From contig CP142736.1 in the NCBI GenBank assembly GCA_036630325.1, positions 1 through 64,000 on the forward strand: 64,000 bases of DNA, written 5' to 3'. Position 1 is the stretch's first letter. The number at the start of each line of letters is the position of its first letter. Shown in pieces: positions 27,116-40,211 of this stretch. This DNA comes from Vairimorpha necatrix. Taxonomy: Eukaryota. A program made the position numbers and the translations under genes. The notes beneath the pieces are model-generated. The model was not told the DNA's origin. It did not search any database and saw only the letters and a program-made list of their open reading frames with translations.

Positions 27116-29359
27116 ATGAATATAATCAAATTTTTTGTTGTAATTGGTTTGTAAAATCAAATATTAATATTTATAACAAAATAAATAAAATTATACTAAA
27201 GCAAATTGAAAATAGAAAGTATACAGTTTTTAACTTAAATAAGAAATATACTTAAATACAAATTTTTTGTAGGGAATATGATAAGACATTATGTTGTTCG
27301 CTTGTGAAAAATAATTTGAATGAAACTATTTCTAACGAATTTGGATATATAATTATTGATTATGCTAACAAATCCACTTATAATATTATTGAAGAAATAG
27401 AACAATTTATAAAGAAGATTAAATCGACTTTAAACATTGACTCTATCGTATTATTATATAGACAATCTAAATATCGACAAAGTAACAGAATTGTGAAAAA
27501 AATTATAGAAAAGTTAAATCAAATAAATGATGAAAGAAGAATAAAAAAGAAAGGAACCGAAATTTATTATGAAAATATTTGCGTTCGGGATTGTTTCTTA
27601 CACAATATCATTAAGAAGAAGCAAGAATTCGATTCAAAAAACGAATCTAGGGTGCAAGACCTAGAACCCATGATAATTTACAGCAGAAAAGAAGACGATA
27701 ATAGTTACTATTTCAGATTATGCATTGTAATTAAAAATATGTATTATTTGTTTGAATTTTATATAAACGAACTTGAAAATAAAAAACTTGATACTTTAGT
27801 TAAAATTAATGCAGAGAATATGTGTTATTATGACGCAAAAATATTAAAAAAATTATATGAAATTTTTAACGTCAATGATTTATATCATATTGAGGCAAGG
27901 GGCGAAATTAGATGTTTAGAAATTACACCAAACAAAATCGAAAAGATAATGCCTAAAAAATTCAAAATAGAGGTACACCCAAACTCTATAAACTTCTGTG
28001 ATGGATATAGAGAAAATTCTGTATATTTAAAAAATGATTCAAACAAGTATGATGGTGAAAAAAAATTTATTAACAATAATTTTTTTGATGAAATTAAGAA
28101 AATGTTGGAAAGGATTCATTTTATAGCGAATACAAAAGATTATAAATGTGTTGAATTTTTTTACAGATTACTAAAAAATTACAACAAAGTTGAATTTCTT
28201 ATAATGAGAATAATGAACAAACAAACATCTGCATTAAAAATAATATTTAATTGCATAATTAAGCATATGTACATTGTAGAGGAAGATGAATTGGATTACA
28301 CAACAGGTGAAATAATATTTAGATCAAATAATGAAGAAGATAATAAAAACAAAATTATAAATAAATTATCATATATATTGTCAGGGCTTCAATTTTCAGA
28401 TTGTTATTTAATAAAAATTTGCCTACTTTTGGAAGCAGAAGAATATATTAATAAAAAAAAACATAAACAACGAATATATTTGGGAATCATTAATAGATAT
28501 AAATGAATATATACGGGAGAAAAATAATGAAAAGATATCTCGTTCTGATGGAAAAAGCAGATGTATCAATATCTTAAAAATCATAAAGGAAGCAGAAAAT
28601 TACCATATTAACAATATTATAAAATATAAGAACGAAGTTTTGAAAAATGTCTGCAAAATAACATCATTATTTACAGGATTGGCTAGTTCGCGTTTTGTAT
28701 ACAAAGATACCAAGGAAGATTTCATAAGAAATGAAATTTGTGAAAACTTTCAACTTGATGGAAATGAGATAGAGGAAAAGGCCAATATTATAAAAAATAA
28801 TCTACAAAAAAATACAGATGAAGATGAAGAATATGAAAAAAGGAGAAAGTTAAAAGAGCAAGAAATAAAAAAAATAAGAGAAATGTTAAAAAACTCATCA
28901 TTAGATTATGATTTAAACATAATCAAATCAAATCCCTTGGAAGAAGAGCTTAAAGATATTTTCGACGAAGATATTAGAACATATTATGAAAATGAACAAA
29001 TAAAAAGAGGAAACATAATCATCGAAAATATATTTAATGAATTTATAAAAAAAAATGAAACACAAGAAGAATCAATAAATGATTATAAAAATGAAATAGA
29101 AGATGATTTTATACAAATTTTGAGAAATAATATAGAAGTTAGATTAAGAAAACAGGCCTCGATTGAATTACCTAAAGCTTTTAATAATTTATTTGAAAGT
29201 GAAATAAAAATATGTCACGTAGAAAAGGTTAAATTAAGAAAAAAATTTGCAAATGTTAAAATGATGTTAGATGAAACAATAATTCTAGAAATATTGAACA
29301 AGACTGAAGGAATAAAAATGCACGAATCATTTACTAAAGCTTTAGATACCTTTAAATAA
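27116..29359 (+). pseudogene. Disrupted large K/N/E/I-rich hypothetical protein, probably secreted (joins ORFs 27304-28506 and 28640-29359)
   Basis: GCCCCTA-ATG start context at 27116 and hydrophobic N-terminus MNIIKFFVVIG. Frameshift near 27150, in-frame TAA near 27253, and a frame switch at the A-run near 28452-28461. The 28640 frame is open back to about 28460. Confidence 0.6.
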
Positions 29360-31399
29360 TCAATTAAATATTTTTATTTTATTTTCTAAGCTGTTTTACA
29401 AAAATGCATGATATCGTTCATACAGCAATTCGCTATCTCCATCATAGAAATTACGGATATTGTTGGATTTTACTTTATTTAGAGGTATTCTTGTTTGGCG
29501 ATTTTTAAGCGATTTTGTTATAACCTTTATAATTTTAACATTATAATCTTCCTGTTAAATTTATCAATGGTCTCTTTTTGTAAAATCATTATAATGTCTT
29601 TTTTTGATTTATAGTCATACTTCACGTATCTCTTTTTAAAATTTTTTTTTTATTTTAGGAATTACTTTTCATAACATTTTTATAAATTAAAGGCTACAAA
29701 TATAAAATTATTAATAATAACAACAGAGAATGATGTGCAAATTTTTATTTAACGCAAATAAATTTCTTTTAAATAAACTAAGCATAACACATAAATCCGA
29801 ACAAAATATTTGCTTTTGAATTTGTTGACATTAAAAACATGTATTACTAGCAAGGCACATGCGATACAATCCTTTCTCAAATATTCGTCTAGTCCATATG
29901 GAGAAAAGGATTTTGGAGTCTGTCTAATGCAAAAGAGCAAATGATGAAATTGAGAAGATGCTGATAGAATATGTGACTAAGTGTGATAAACGTACAAAAT
30001 GCAAATTCTAAAAATAGTGGCGTCGTGATGATAAAGCTAGTACAAATATAGCTTAAGCGTAAATATCCTAAAATATTAAAAGTTTTAAAGAGCCATTTTC
30101 ATAAGCAATGCAGGGTTATTAGGTCCAATAAAATATAATTGAGACAAATAAAATCTTATAATTTATCCTTTATAATTCATATGAATTTAACGAAAAAAAA
30201 TTAGGATATTATATGTATTAATAATAGCATTTGGTTGTATTCACGATACAAAATAACGTTATACTTTGAAAAAATATCGAAATGCTTTTAATTGGTTTTA
30301 AAAGTATATGAATGGATAAAAATAAAGTCTACGGATGCAGTGGTAGTAAAGAGAAATATCATTAAAAGTATGTTTTAGAAAACAAGTATGAACCAAGTTC
30401 AAACATTGATCTAGAAATTAATAATCAAAAAAGACATTTTTTTAAATTCGTAAAATATGATCATAATACCGTACGGGTCAAATTAAAATAAAGGAATGGG
30501 AAACTATATTGGTTAACATATTTATAAAAGAATAAATAAATTATTCGGAAAGAGCTTATATTTATTAATCATCTATATACATTATAACTACATGAGATGA
30601 TATTGCTTTTATAAGGTTTTATGCATAGAATCTGAAATATAAATCATTAAAATAATGTCCAATCGCTAAAACGTTAGACATATTCTTAATATTATTGGTT
30701 TTACTATCGTTCTCTAGTTTTTTTGTGTCATATACAAAAAATATCTTCATATGAAGTGGTTTCTTGATATTGCTTAAAAAATTGTACGATTATCAGTATA
30801 AGAATTCTTTTGTACATAATTTATTTTAAAAAAATATTTTTTAGTACATGAACATTAGAATTCATAGAAAACATTATAAAAAAATGTAAAAAATATTTTT
30901 TTGCAATAAATAATGTTTACTAATATGTTTTTTATTTTATAATATATTTGTATTTAGAAGCAATTTCTTCAATGTTCAGAATTATTGTTTTATTCTACAC
31001 GACTGCATGCGACAAGTGATTAGCAAAAAGCCCTTTTTAATTAAAATATATACAGTTACATGAATAACTCAGAGTAAAAATGCCTTGTTTTCTTTATTGG
31101 ACCATGTTAGTACTGATTTTTTTTCATAACTTTCATAGACCTTTATCCAATGGATGAGACAGTCAGCTATTGTTTAGCATCAGTATTCTTATTAAATAAT
31201 CTATCTGTAAGAATTTGAGTAACTTTTTGCGTTTTCCCGCGCAGAGATACACCAGGGTAATTTGAAGTCTAAGCTAGAGCTCATTCCTTGGCGTTGAACG
31301 TAAAAAGTTAAAGGTTTGCGAGAATAGATCTAAATTTGGAAAATACAACTCCTAAAATGAGAAACTAAGGAGAACTAAGAAATTCAAGATCAGATATTT

Positions 31400-32070
31400 T
31401 TTCTACTAATAAAGCAGCCATAGATTTCTTATAGAAAGCAATATGTCTGAAATGTTCTGAGAGTATGGTTTTATACACGATGTTACGTATTGTAACAATT
31501 TTCGACAAAGATGTTTAACTTGGTGTGTATAAAAATAAAACAGTTTTGGAGGTCTAAAAAACCAAATCAAAGTAGACATATGCGACTACATAATTATAAT
31601 GTCTTCGTGGCAAGAAAAAAAATTTTGAATATAATACAGATAGAAATTTTATTGTGAATTAAATACTAATGAAACTAAAAAGTACAATAATAGGAGTAAT
31701 ATCTGAATACAATAAAACAACATGAAGGAAATAAGGTCCTGATCACCCCATACAAGTGGATGAGAGTGTTATAATCAAAGGAAACTTATAAAATCACCTC
31801 CAGAAATGTATGATTCGCTCAGTAAATCTACTTAGATAATTGGTGAGTTGAAAAAACGTAAAAGCTTCTACCTTAAGTTATACCTAATGATAAAAAAGAA
31901 TTTTTCCCAGCCTGTTTACTAAAAACAAATACTCCAGGTCTGTTTTATAACTGTTGGGCTCAGATCTTACTCATACGCTGTTGCTGAAATTGTAAAGAAC
32001 ATAAAATCGTGAAGCATGAAAAAGGATTTTCCATTGCTGATGGAATTACACTAATTTACAAGAATGAAGT
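31400..32070 (+). pseudogene. Merlin (IS1595/ISXO2-like) DDE transposase relic
   Basis: Ordered motifs: AAIDFL..CLKC (about 31411-31460), GPDHPIQVDES (31735-31767), ITVGLRSY (TDG..SY equivalent, 31947-31970), and HKIVKHEKGFSIADG followed by TN (32000-32060). Multiple frameshifts. Confidence 0.75.
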
Positions 32071-32344
32071 AGTATTTTTTATAAACTAATATTCGAGGGA
32101 GGGATGAGATACCGGGTTGTTCAATGCCGGATAGATAGAAGAATATAAACCGAGAAGAAAAAATTAAAAACTCATAATTATAAGTCCTATAAAGGAGCAC
32201 TTAAAACTTTTGATTCTTTTACATTAAAGTTAAAATTTTAATTTCTTTCTTTATCTATAATTTTTTTTAAGGCTCTCTCTTTTATGAAAAAAATACCAGG
32301 AATAGACCTTGAGCCTCTTTTATTATTTAAAACAAAAATAAAAA

Positions 32345-32419
32345 TACAAAAAAGATAAAGATTAGGTATAAATAACATAATGTTTAAATCTCGTTTTACA
32401 TGGAAAAGCATACGTTAGT
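32345..32419 (+). mobile_element. Isolated decayed Helitron 3' end related to the 23.7-26.4 kb array
   Basis: AAATCTCGTTTTACATGGAAAAGCATACGTTAGTA resembles the array terminus AAATCCCGTTTTCAAAACGGGAAAGCATACGCTAGTA. Confidence 0.6.
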
Positions 32420-35400
32420 ATTTTTATAATTTTTTATGAATGTCTAATAAATTCTAAAAAACTTTTCTAGTTATATTTTTGAAGTAGGGTTATAAAAAAA
32501 ACCTTATTAAAAAATGTCAATGCATGTTATACGCACACATAATTTTAAATTAAAACATTTAATATAAATTTAATATTATAACGAAAGATAAGATTATAAT
32601 AGTTAGTTTAGAATTTAAAACAAAGAAAAATTATATATTAAGATCTTTGTAAAGTAGTAGATAGAAGATTATATGATGTTTTTATGCATGTCACTTGTAT
32701 AATGTAGTCTTAACAAACTAAAAATTATTTTTAAAAAAAAAGGTGTGTTTGTCATTTCTAAAAAGGTCTGGCTTTCCGAAATTTGTTGAGGCAAAATTCC
32801 AATATGTATTAAAGGGTTATGTTTTTTATTTCAATATTAAGGATCTAAACATGTTTGATATCACAAAAAAAAGAAAAGTGAAAAATAATGAGTCCTCGGC
32901 AGCTAAATAAATGTGATCACTCATATAATACAAATGGATAGATTTGATGGCTACTATATTATCTAGAAACATTTTTAAAGATACTATTAAAAAGAAAAGG
33001 CAATTGACAGAAACTAAATATTTCAATACACTATGATAATTTATTTAATTAAAAAAATGCAATTCATGCAAGACAGCAAAATTTAGGTTGTTTTTAGTAA
33101 TAAAGATTAGACAGAGTATATTAGATAAAACACCGCATAATAATACTAAAAAAAATTCAAATTAGAATTTGTTATTTCAAAAAAATAATTTCAAGCTTTT
33201 AACACGTCAACTCTAATAGTTGTGAGAAATATTTCATCACTTTGTACTTTTATCAATTTTCAATCTTATTCTTTGGATTTTTGCTTTTGTTAAGAAAAGT
33301 AAATACGGGGTTATGAATAAATCTCATCTCGATATATTTCAATTTAGTTTATTTCATGGCTCTAATTAATATTGCTTGTGATACATAATTTTGCTTTCTT
33401 CTAAAATACTTCGAAAAATGAATTTTGAAAATAAACGTGATACAAAAAAAATTAGTCTTTTTTAAGAAAGGCAATATAAGTAATGAAAAAACAGCCCCAC
33501 ACTGTATTTATTTGGTGTAGACACATAATAAAATCAAAAAATAATAATTTCCAAAAAAATTTCTATAATTATTATATAGTTTTAAAAATAAAAAAAGAAT
33601 GTTGCTTTACTAACTCATAGATTAACAACTAGACATTTTGGCGATTTATCTGCACTTCAACTACATTTTTATCGGTTCAAATTTACTTATTATATTCATC
33701 TAATATAAAATATTATTATAGAACTTTATATCATTTTCTTAATAAATCTAATATATCTAAAATAATTTTACGATATTATTAAATTCTGAAATTTTTATTT
33801 TATTAAACCTTTATTTTAAAAATTCCAACATCCTTTCGAATTTTGACTTTTTTTCCCCATCGACAAATTTACTTTTGAGTAAATTTATTATCGCTATATA
33901 AAACATTCCTGACGATTTTTCTAAAAAATACTGAAGTATGTTTTTTATCTGAGTATATATCTATCTTTATAAATTTCTTTTATTTGTTTATTAAACATTC
34001 TTTTATTCATGTAAACAAATTTTCAATTGAGAATATAAAAAAATTTCCAATTTTAAGTTCGATTTTCCCTTTTTCGTTTTCATCATGACTATTATTTAAA
34101 ATATTTTGCCAAAATTTCCGAAAAACATGTTTAACTTTTCTTTATATGCTTTAATTACGTATTCTTTTAAAATTTTTTTCTTTTCTATTGCATTGTATTT
34201 TTGATTTTGTTTTCTATTATTTTTTATTAAATTTTATTGTTTTTTATAAAACTTTCTAAAGCAAGACCATATTTAAAAAGATCTTATATTGAATTTTATT
34301 TTGTTTTATTAAAAGTATTTCAAGATATTTATAGATCTAAAGTTTGTATATAATCATTATATTACAAATATTATCTATAACTGAATTTTTATTTAACAAA
34401 AGATTAAATTTTATACATTTGCAATCTTACTAAACTGGGTAAATTGAAAATTAGACATATTCTATGTTTTTTATCAATATTAATGCCCCTAGTTTAAAAT
34501 AAAGACGATTATATTTAGACAAAAATTCTAGCATATAGGCTATAAAGAATATCATTTATGCTTAGCAATATTTTGTCGACAGTGAAAAGAAAAAAAATAA
34601 AGATAGTAGATCACCTAGCAAAATGATGCGATCGTAGACTATCATTCAATTAGTCTATATGACATAATGACGAATTAGATTCATTTACCTCGAACTATGC
34701 TTAGAGTACGGACTGAAATTTTATAATTATACACGAACAGAGTGCAAGAAAAATAACTAATAATAACGCAGGAATTCGTGTAGACAAGAGGAACTTTACG
34801 GAAATAAAAAAATTTAATAAACCTAATATACATTATTGGACAAGAAAAATAAAAAATAACACTAACGAAATACTAATAACTTACCTGGAAACTTTAAACA
34901 AATATAACATGAAATTTTTATTAAAGTACAATATTTTATCAAATAATAACCCTAATGCATAAATTCAAAGTTTAAAAAACCATAAGTAATGACATGGGAC
35001 GGAATCGAGACAACAAATCACAGCAATTATGTTAATGCCATTGGCCTTTGGAATAATACTGAAGATACATCAAAATTAATTATAATGAATACACTAAAGA
35101 GCATCATCTTTGACCATGAACAGAAACTTTCCGAGGTAAATCCGGAATCAAGAACATAATAGAGCTTGAAGAAGGGGGTGGCCAGAAATAGTGCGCGGCA
35201 GTGTAGGCAAACTAAGTAAAACAAACCAAACAATAATTTCAATTAAAAATTTATGTACTCAACAATATTAATTTTTAAAAGATATATTGTTTACATAAGT
35301 TTGTTTCTAGGAGTAAACTATCAGCTAGTAAAAATTATCATCTTTATAATGAGACTCTATTATATCTGATATTATTTTTTGTTAGTTCTGTAATGTTCGT

Positions 35401-37138
35401 TTCATTATATTTGTTTTGCGTAATTAAAATATTCTATATATCTTAAATTTTCTCATACGATAATAAACGACAAATTCGTTTTTATTGCAGATTTTGGTTT
35501 GTTAATAATGTTTGAAAAAATATATATAATCATAATAAATATGTAATTTGTTAAAAACATTTAGCTAGAACATCATAGTGTCACTTAGGACAATTGAAAA
35601 AAAATGAAAGTTGCATTACAATTTCTGCTAATGTAAATTTTTTTACTAAGTCTTTATCTTTAAGAATTTTGTAAAAATGTTCCATGCTTTTAAAATTATT
35701 TTTTGTTTTGTTTTTTTGATTTAAAAGTGTTAGTTTCATTGTTCATTTTAATTTTTGCTTATTATAATGTATACCTTAAAAAATAGTGCTAGTTTAATAT
35801 ATAATTGATTTAAAAAAAAATTTGGATATTTGATCTTTGTTTTTTTTTCAATATGATTTATGCAAACTCATATGACAAGATTTGTTGTATAAAATTCTAT
35901 GATGTAAAATTATTACAAATGTAATTGCTCACTACAAAATCAGTCTCTAATTTCTTAAATCTTAATAAGAAAGGGGCATAAAGAGAAATTTTCCTTTAAC
36001 ACATTAGCAGTAAATATAAAATTTCTCGTTTGTGTTTTTGTAATTTATTACTTGCCTCATATTTTTTTTCATAGATGATTTTAATACACTACGTCTTAAC
36101 TATAATCTATGTATTAATTATAATGTATGAACACAAACTCTTCCACACTTTGATATTATCCTTATAATATAAATCATATAAAAGCACAATTGAATTAATA
36201 TTTGAAAAATCTAAAAACATTACAACTTCTCTTTCATTTAGATTATATTGTCAACTGTAGATTTATTTTTTGTGAGAGGTAAAACCATTTCTACTTATAC
36301 TAATAACAGTTTCAAATGTATCTCAGACATTTCATATGTTACTACTTATCTTTAAAAATTCGCATATATAGCCATTTATTAATTAGTAAATAAGCATCAA
36401 AACACATATAAGACCCTATATAGCTTTTCATAGCATTGTTATTTAACTTTTCGTATTGCAGATGCTTATTTTCGACAAAGTCAAACTTCATATTTTATTA
36501 GATATTAGTATAGAGTAAACTATCCTCATATATAAAATTACAATATACTAAATTAAAGGTCATTCCAACGCCTTGGTTTTTATTGTCATTTATAGGTTAA
36601 TTTAAATGATTATATGTCCGTTTTATTATTATATAAAGATATAAATGTTATATCCGGATGAGAAAGTGGTAAAACTAAAATTTAATTTCAATTGATCATA
36701 ATTTTAGCTTAGAATTATAAAGTAAGTAACTAATCTTAATATATTTGTCTTGTGATATATATTTTATTGTATTTTTTCATTCTTATTAACCCATATACCA
36801 TTTTAATAAAACTTTTAATATAGAAATCTAAAATATTAATATCTAACGAAGAATATGATCTGTTATCGTCTAGTCCCGAGTTTTTTAAAATTTTGGTTGT
36901 ATATATGACTCGCGCGATATATTGTTTTAAAACATAACATGAATAATTTTTCCAGATCAAAAACATTTTAGATCAAGGTATAAAATTCTAGTATATAACA
37001 CACAAAAACTTTATAAACGTATATAAACTGTAAGAAAAAAAAATTTAAAATCATTTCGAGACATAAAGTTATGCTTTTATAGTATGTTTATAGTTCTAGT
37101 ATTATTTATTTATATTGTATTTTACAATTATTCTTTTC

Positions 37139-40100
37139 TGTAGGGTTTAGAACCCTTAATAAATAAATGGTTAACATGGCGAACACAAGGATGAACAGGG
37201 AAACAAGAGAGTCCCGTAGTCAAGAGGCTAGAACATTAGAGAAAGAGGCAATTAGGATAGATAAGAGACTAAAGTTAATATTGTTAGTTGAAATTTGAGT
37301 GGAAAGATGTTATGGATTTGGCATCTGCGAACTTGCAGGATTATATTTTTGAAAATTTTTGTGACGGAAGGAGCAGTTGGGAGGAAATTTATAAAGGCTT
37401 ACAAAAAGGAGCAGAATTTGAGAGAGAGTCAGAAGAAAGACAAGAAATGATTAAAGAGATTATGGATAAAGTGTTGAAAGAGTTTAGGGAAGAAAGAAAA
37501 GAAAATCTTAGGATGTATAGGAAAAGAAGAGAAATCAGAGAAACTACAAAATGTTTTATATGTAAGAAAGAAGGGCATTACGCTAGAGAATGTCATGAAA
37601 GTGTAGCTGGTAGGGAAAAATATAAAATTAAAAAGGAACAAGTTTTACAGAAAGAACCAATTATCAACAATGAAGGGAAAAGATGTAAAACAGTAAATAA
37701 GTTAGAAAATTTAATTGAAAAGTATCCGGAAGTTTTTAAAGAATCAGAAGAAAAGATAAAATATCTCACAGGAGAGAAGTGTCCAATAAATACTAAGCAA
37801 GGTGAAAAGGTTGTGAAAAGAGGGCAGAATGTGCCATACTACCTTAGGGTGAAATTTGAGGAGTACTTGAATAAGTTGGAAAATAGAGGGGTTATAAGAC
37901 GTTCCAAAAGTGAGTGGAGGAGTCCAATAAGAGCACTTGAAAAACCAAATGGGGACGTAAGATTGGTAAGCAATTTGATGGCGTTAAACGATTTGGTTGA
38001 CAAGGACCCGTACTCACTACCGTTAATTAAGGATATTATGAGAGCCACGCAGGGGTCAAAAGTATTTACGGTTATCGACTTAAAAGAAGGGTTTTATCAT
38101 ATTGAGATTGAGGAGCACCATAAGCACAAAACAGCATTTGAAGTGAATGGTCGAGTATACGAATGGAATAGTATGGTTATGGGGTTTAAGAATTCGCCTC
38201 ATATAATGCAGAGAGTAATGAACAGAGTTTTAGATGAATTCAGAGGTAAAGGCGTGGAAGTATATATGGATGATATAGTTATTCATGGTAAAGACGTAAG
38301 AGTGCATGACGAGTTACTAGAGAGGGTAATTAAAAAGTTTAAAGAGTGTGGGTTGAGAATAAACCAAACAAAGATACAATACAAAAAAGATGAGGTGATG
38401 TTGCTGGGAGTAACAATTAATGGGGAGGTCATGGGACCGAATGAGATTAAAAAGCAGGAGACATTGGAATATAGAAAACCTGAGAATGTTAGAGAGTTAA
38501 GAAGATTTTTAGGACTAACTGGTTGGTTTAGAGACTTTATTCCCAACTATGCGTATAGAACAGTAAGGCTTACTGAGGCTTTAAAGAAAGATGTTAAATG
38601 GAATTGGACGGAGGATATGGAAAGAGCTTTTGAGGATATGAAGCAAGGCTTGAGAGATATGAAAAAGTTGAAGATTCCGGACGGAAAAAAGCTATTTAGA
38701 GTAAGAACTGATGCGTGTGATACGGGGATCGGAGCAATTCTATTACAAGAAAATAAAGAGGGTGAGTGGATTCCGATACAATGGGCATCGAAAATGTTGA
38801 CTCCTACCGAGCGAAGATATACGATAAGTGAGAAGGAGATGTTGGCGGTGTTTTTTGGAATAAAGAAGTTTGAAAGTGATTTGAGAGGAAGGAAATTTCA
38901 TTTGATGACGGATCATAAAGCATTAGCAGAGATCAGAAATAAGCCATACTTCAATAATAACAGAATAAACAGATGGGTAGAACAGATACAAGAGTTTGAC
39001 TTTACAATAGAGTATGTGAAAGGGGAGTTGATGACAGATGCAGATGCGTTAAGCAGGCAGTATGATCAGGTAGAAGTTTCGGATGAACAAAAAGAAAAGG
39101 ACAACAAGAGAAAAGAAGTGATCGAAAAACAAATTTTGGGAAAAAAGCAGAAACATATTAAAGAAAAGGACGGTAAACAGTATTGGGAATTTTCCACAGG
39201 TGAGGTGAAAGAGATATTGAGCCTAGATAGTAGAGAACATGAAATAACAAGAGTACATGAGGAGTTAAACCATAGAGGTGTCAAAGGCACTTATTATAAC
39301 ATTAAACAAAGATGGTATTGGCCTGGTATGAAAGATCATATTAATAAGGTAATTAAGAATTGTGAAATATGTGGGATTAACAATAGGAAAAACACAGGAG
39401 GATGTGATTTCGTAGTAACTAGAAAGAAATTGGAGAAAGTGGCGTTGGATTTAATGGACATAGGTGGAGAGAATAGGTATGTGTTACTGGGTATTGATTA
39501 CTTTACTAGAAGGTTGTGGGGTTCGAATTTGAGATGTAAAGAGAGTAGTGAAGTTATAGAGGTATTACAAAAGTGGAAAAGGGAAGATGGATTTCCAGAG
39601 GAATATGTGACAGACAACGGAAAAGAGTTTGTAAGTAATAGATTTAAAGAATGGTGTAGTATTAATGATATTAAACATAGGAAAGTGGGCTTAGAAGCTC
39701 ATAGGAGTAATGGTAGAATCGAGAGATGCATCAGAACTATAAGAGAGACATTGATAAAGCAAAATGATGGGAATATTTCTGAAAAGATAGAAAGAGCAAT
39801 CAAAGGATATAATAATACACTACATACAGCAATAAAATGTACGCCGATGGAAGCGTGGAGAGATCAAACTGCTGAAGTTATAATTGAAAATGATGAAAAT
39901 GGAAAATATGCTGGTCGGTTCAAGAGAAGACACAGAGAGACATTTACAGTAGGCCAAGAGGTAAGAATCGCTAGGAGAGAAAATTTAGGTACACGTGCGA
40001 AAACAGACAAGGGAAGATTCACGGGTCGCGGAAGGATCGTAGCTATAAGTGAAAATGATTCATATATTGTGAGACTACTGGATGGTAAAATTGTTAAAAA

Positions 40101-40211
40101 GAGGCATTATGATTTGAAAGAGATAAGGAAGAGTTGTTTAGAAGATGGAGAGACTACCCGTCTGGAGGGGGGATGTAGGGTTTAGAACCCTTAATAAATA
40201 AATGGTTAACA
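37139..40211 (+). mobile_element. Ty3/Gypsy micro-LTR retrotransposon (element C, protease-less clade)
   Basis: Identical 38-bp LTRs TGTAGGGTTTAGAACCCTTAATAAATAAATGGTTAACA at 37139-37176 and 40174-40211. PBS-like TGGCGAAC and PPT GGAGGGGGGA. Flanks TTTTC and TAAAA do not form a TSD. Confidence 0.97.
37176..40185 (+). CDS. Gag(CCHC)-RT-RNaseH-integrase polyprotein of element C, with one frame change near 37287
   Basis: The 965-codon frame 37288-40185 carries CFICKKEGHYAREC, YMDD, TDAC/TDH, HHCC and DDE. The upstream frame from ATG 37176 (MANTR..QEARTLEKE) aligns with the element B N-terminus (QEARIMLQE). The stop lies inside the 3' LTR. Confidence 0.88.

Noticed and set aside
34600..35230. 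GC-richer coding-like patches, also near 12650-12790, 48400-49100 and 52990-55100
   Set aside because: Likely decayed genes or retroelements, but no diagnostic motif could be read.
37139..37150. Telomere-like TAGGG/TTAGGG at the start of the LTRs of C and A, suggesting telomere targeting
   Set aside because: It is a single short match explained by the AGGGTT/AACCCT hairpin, and the insertion sites are AT-rich non-telomeric DNA.
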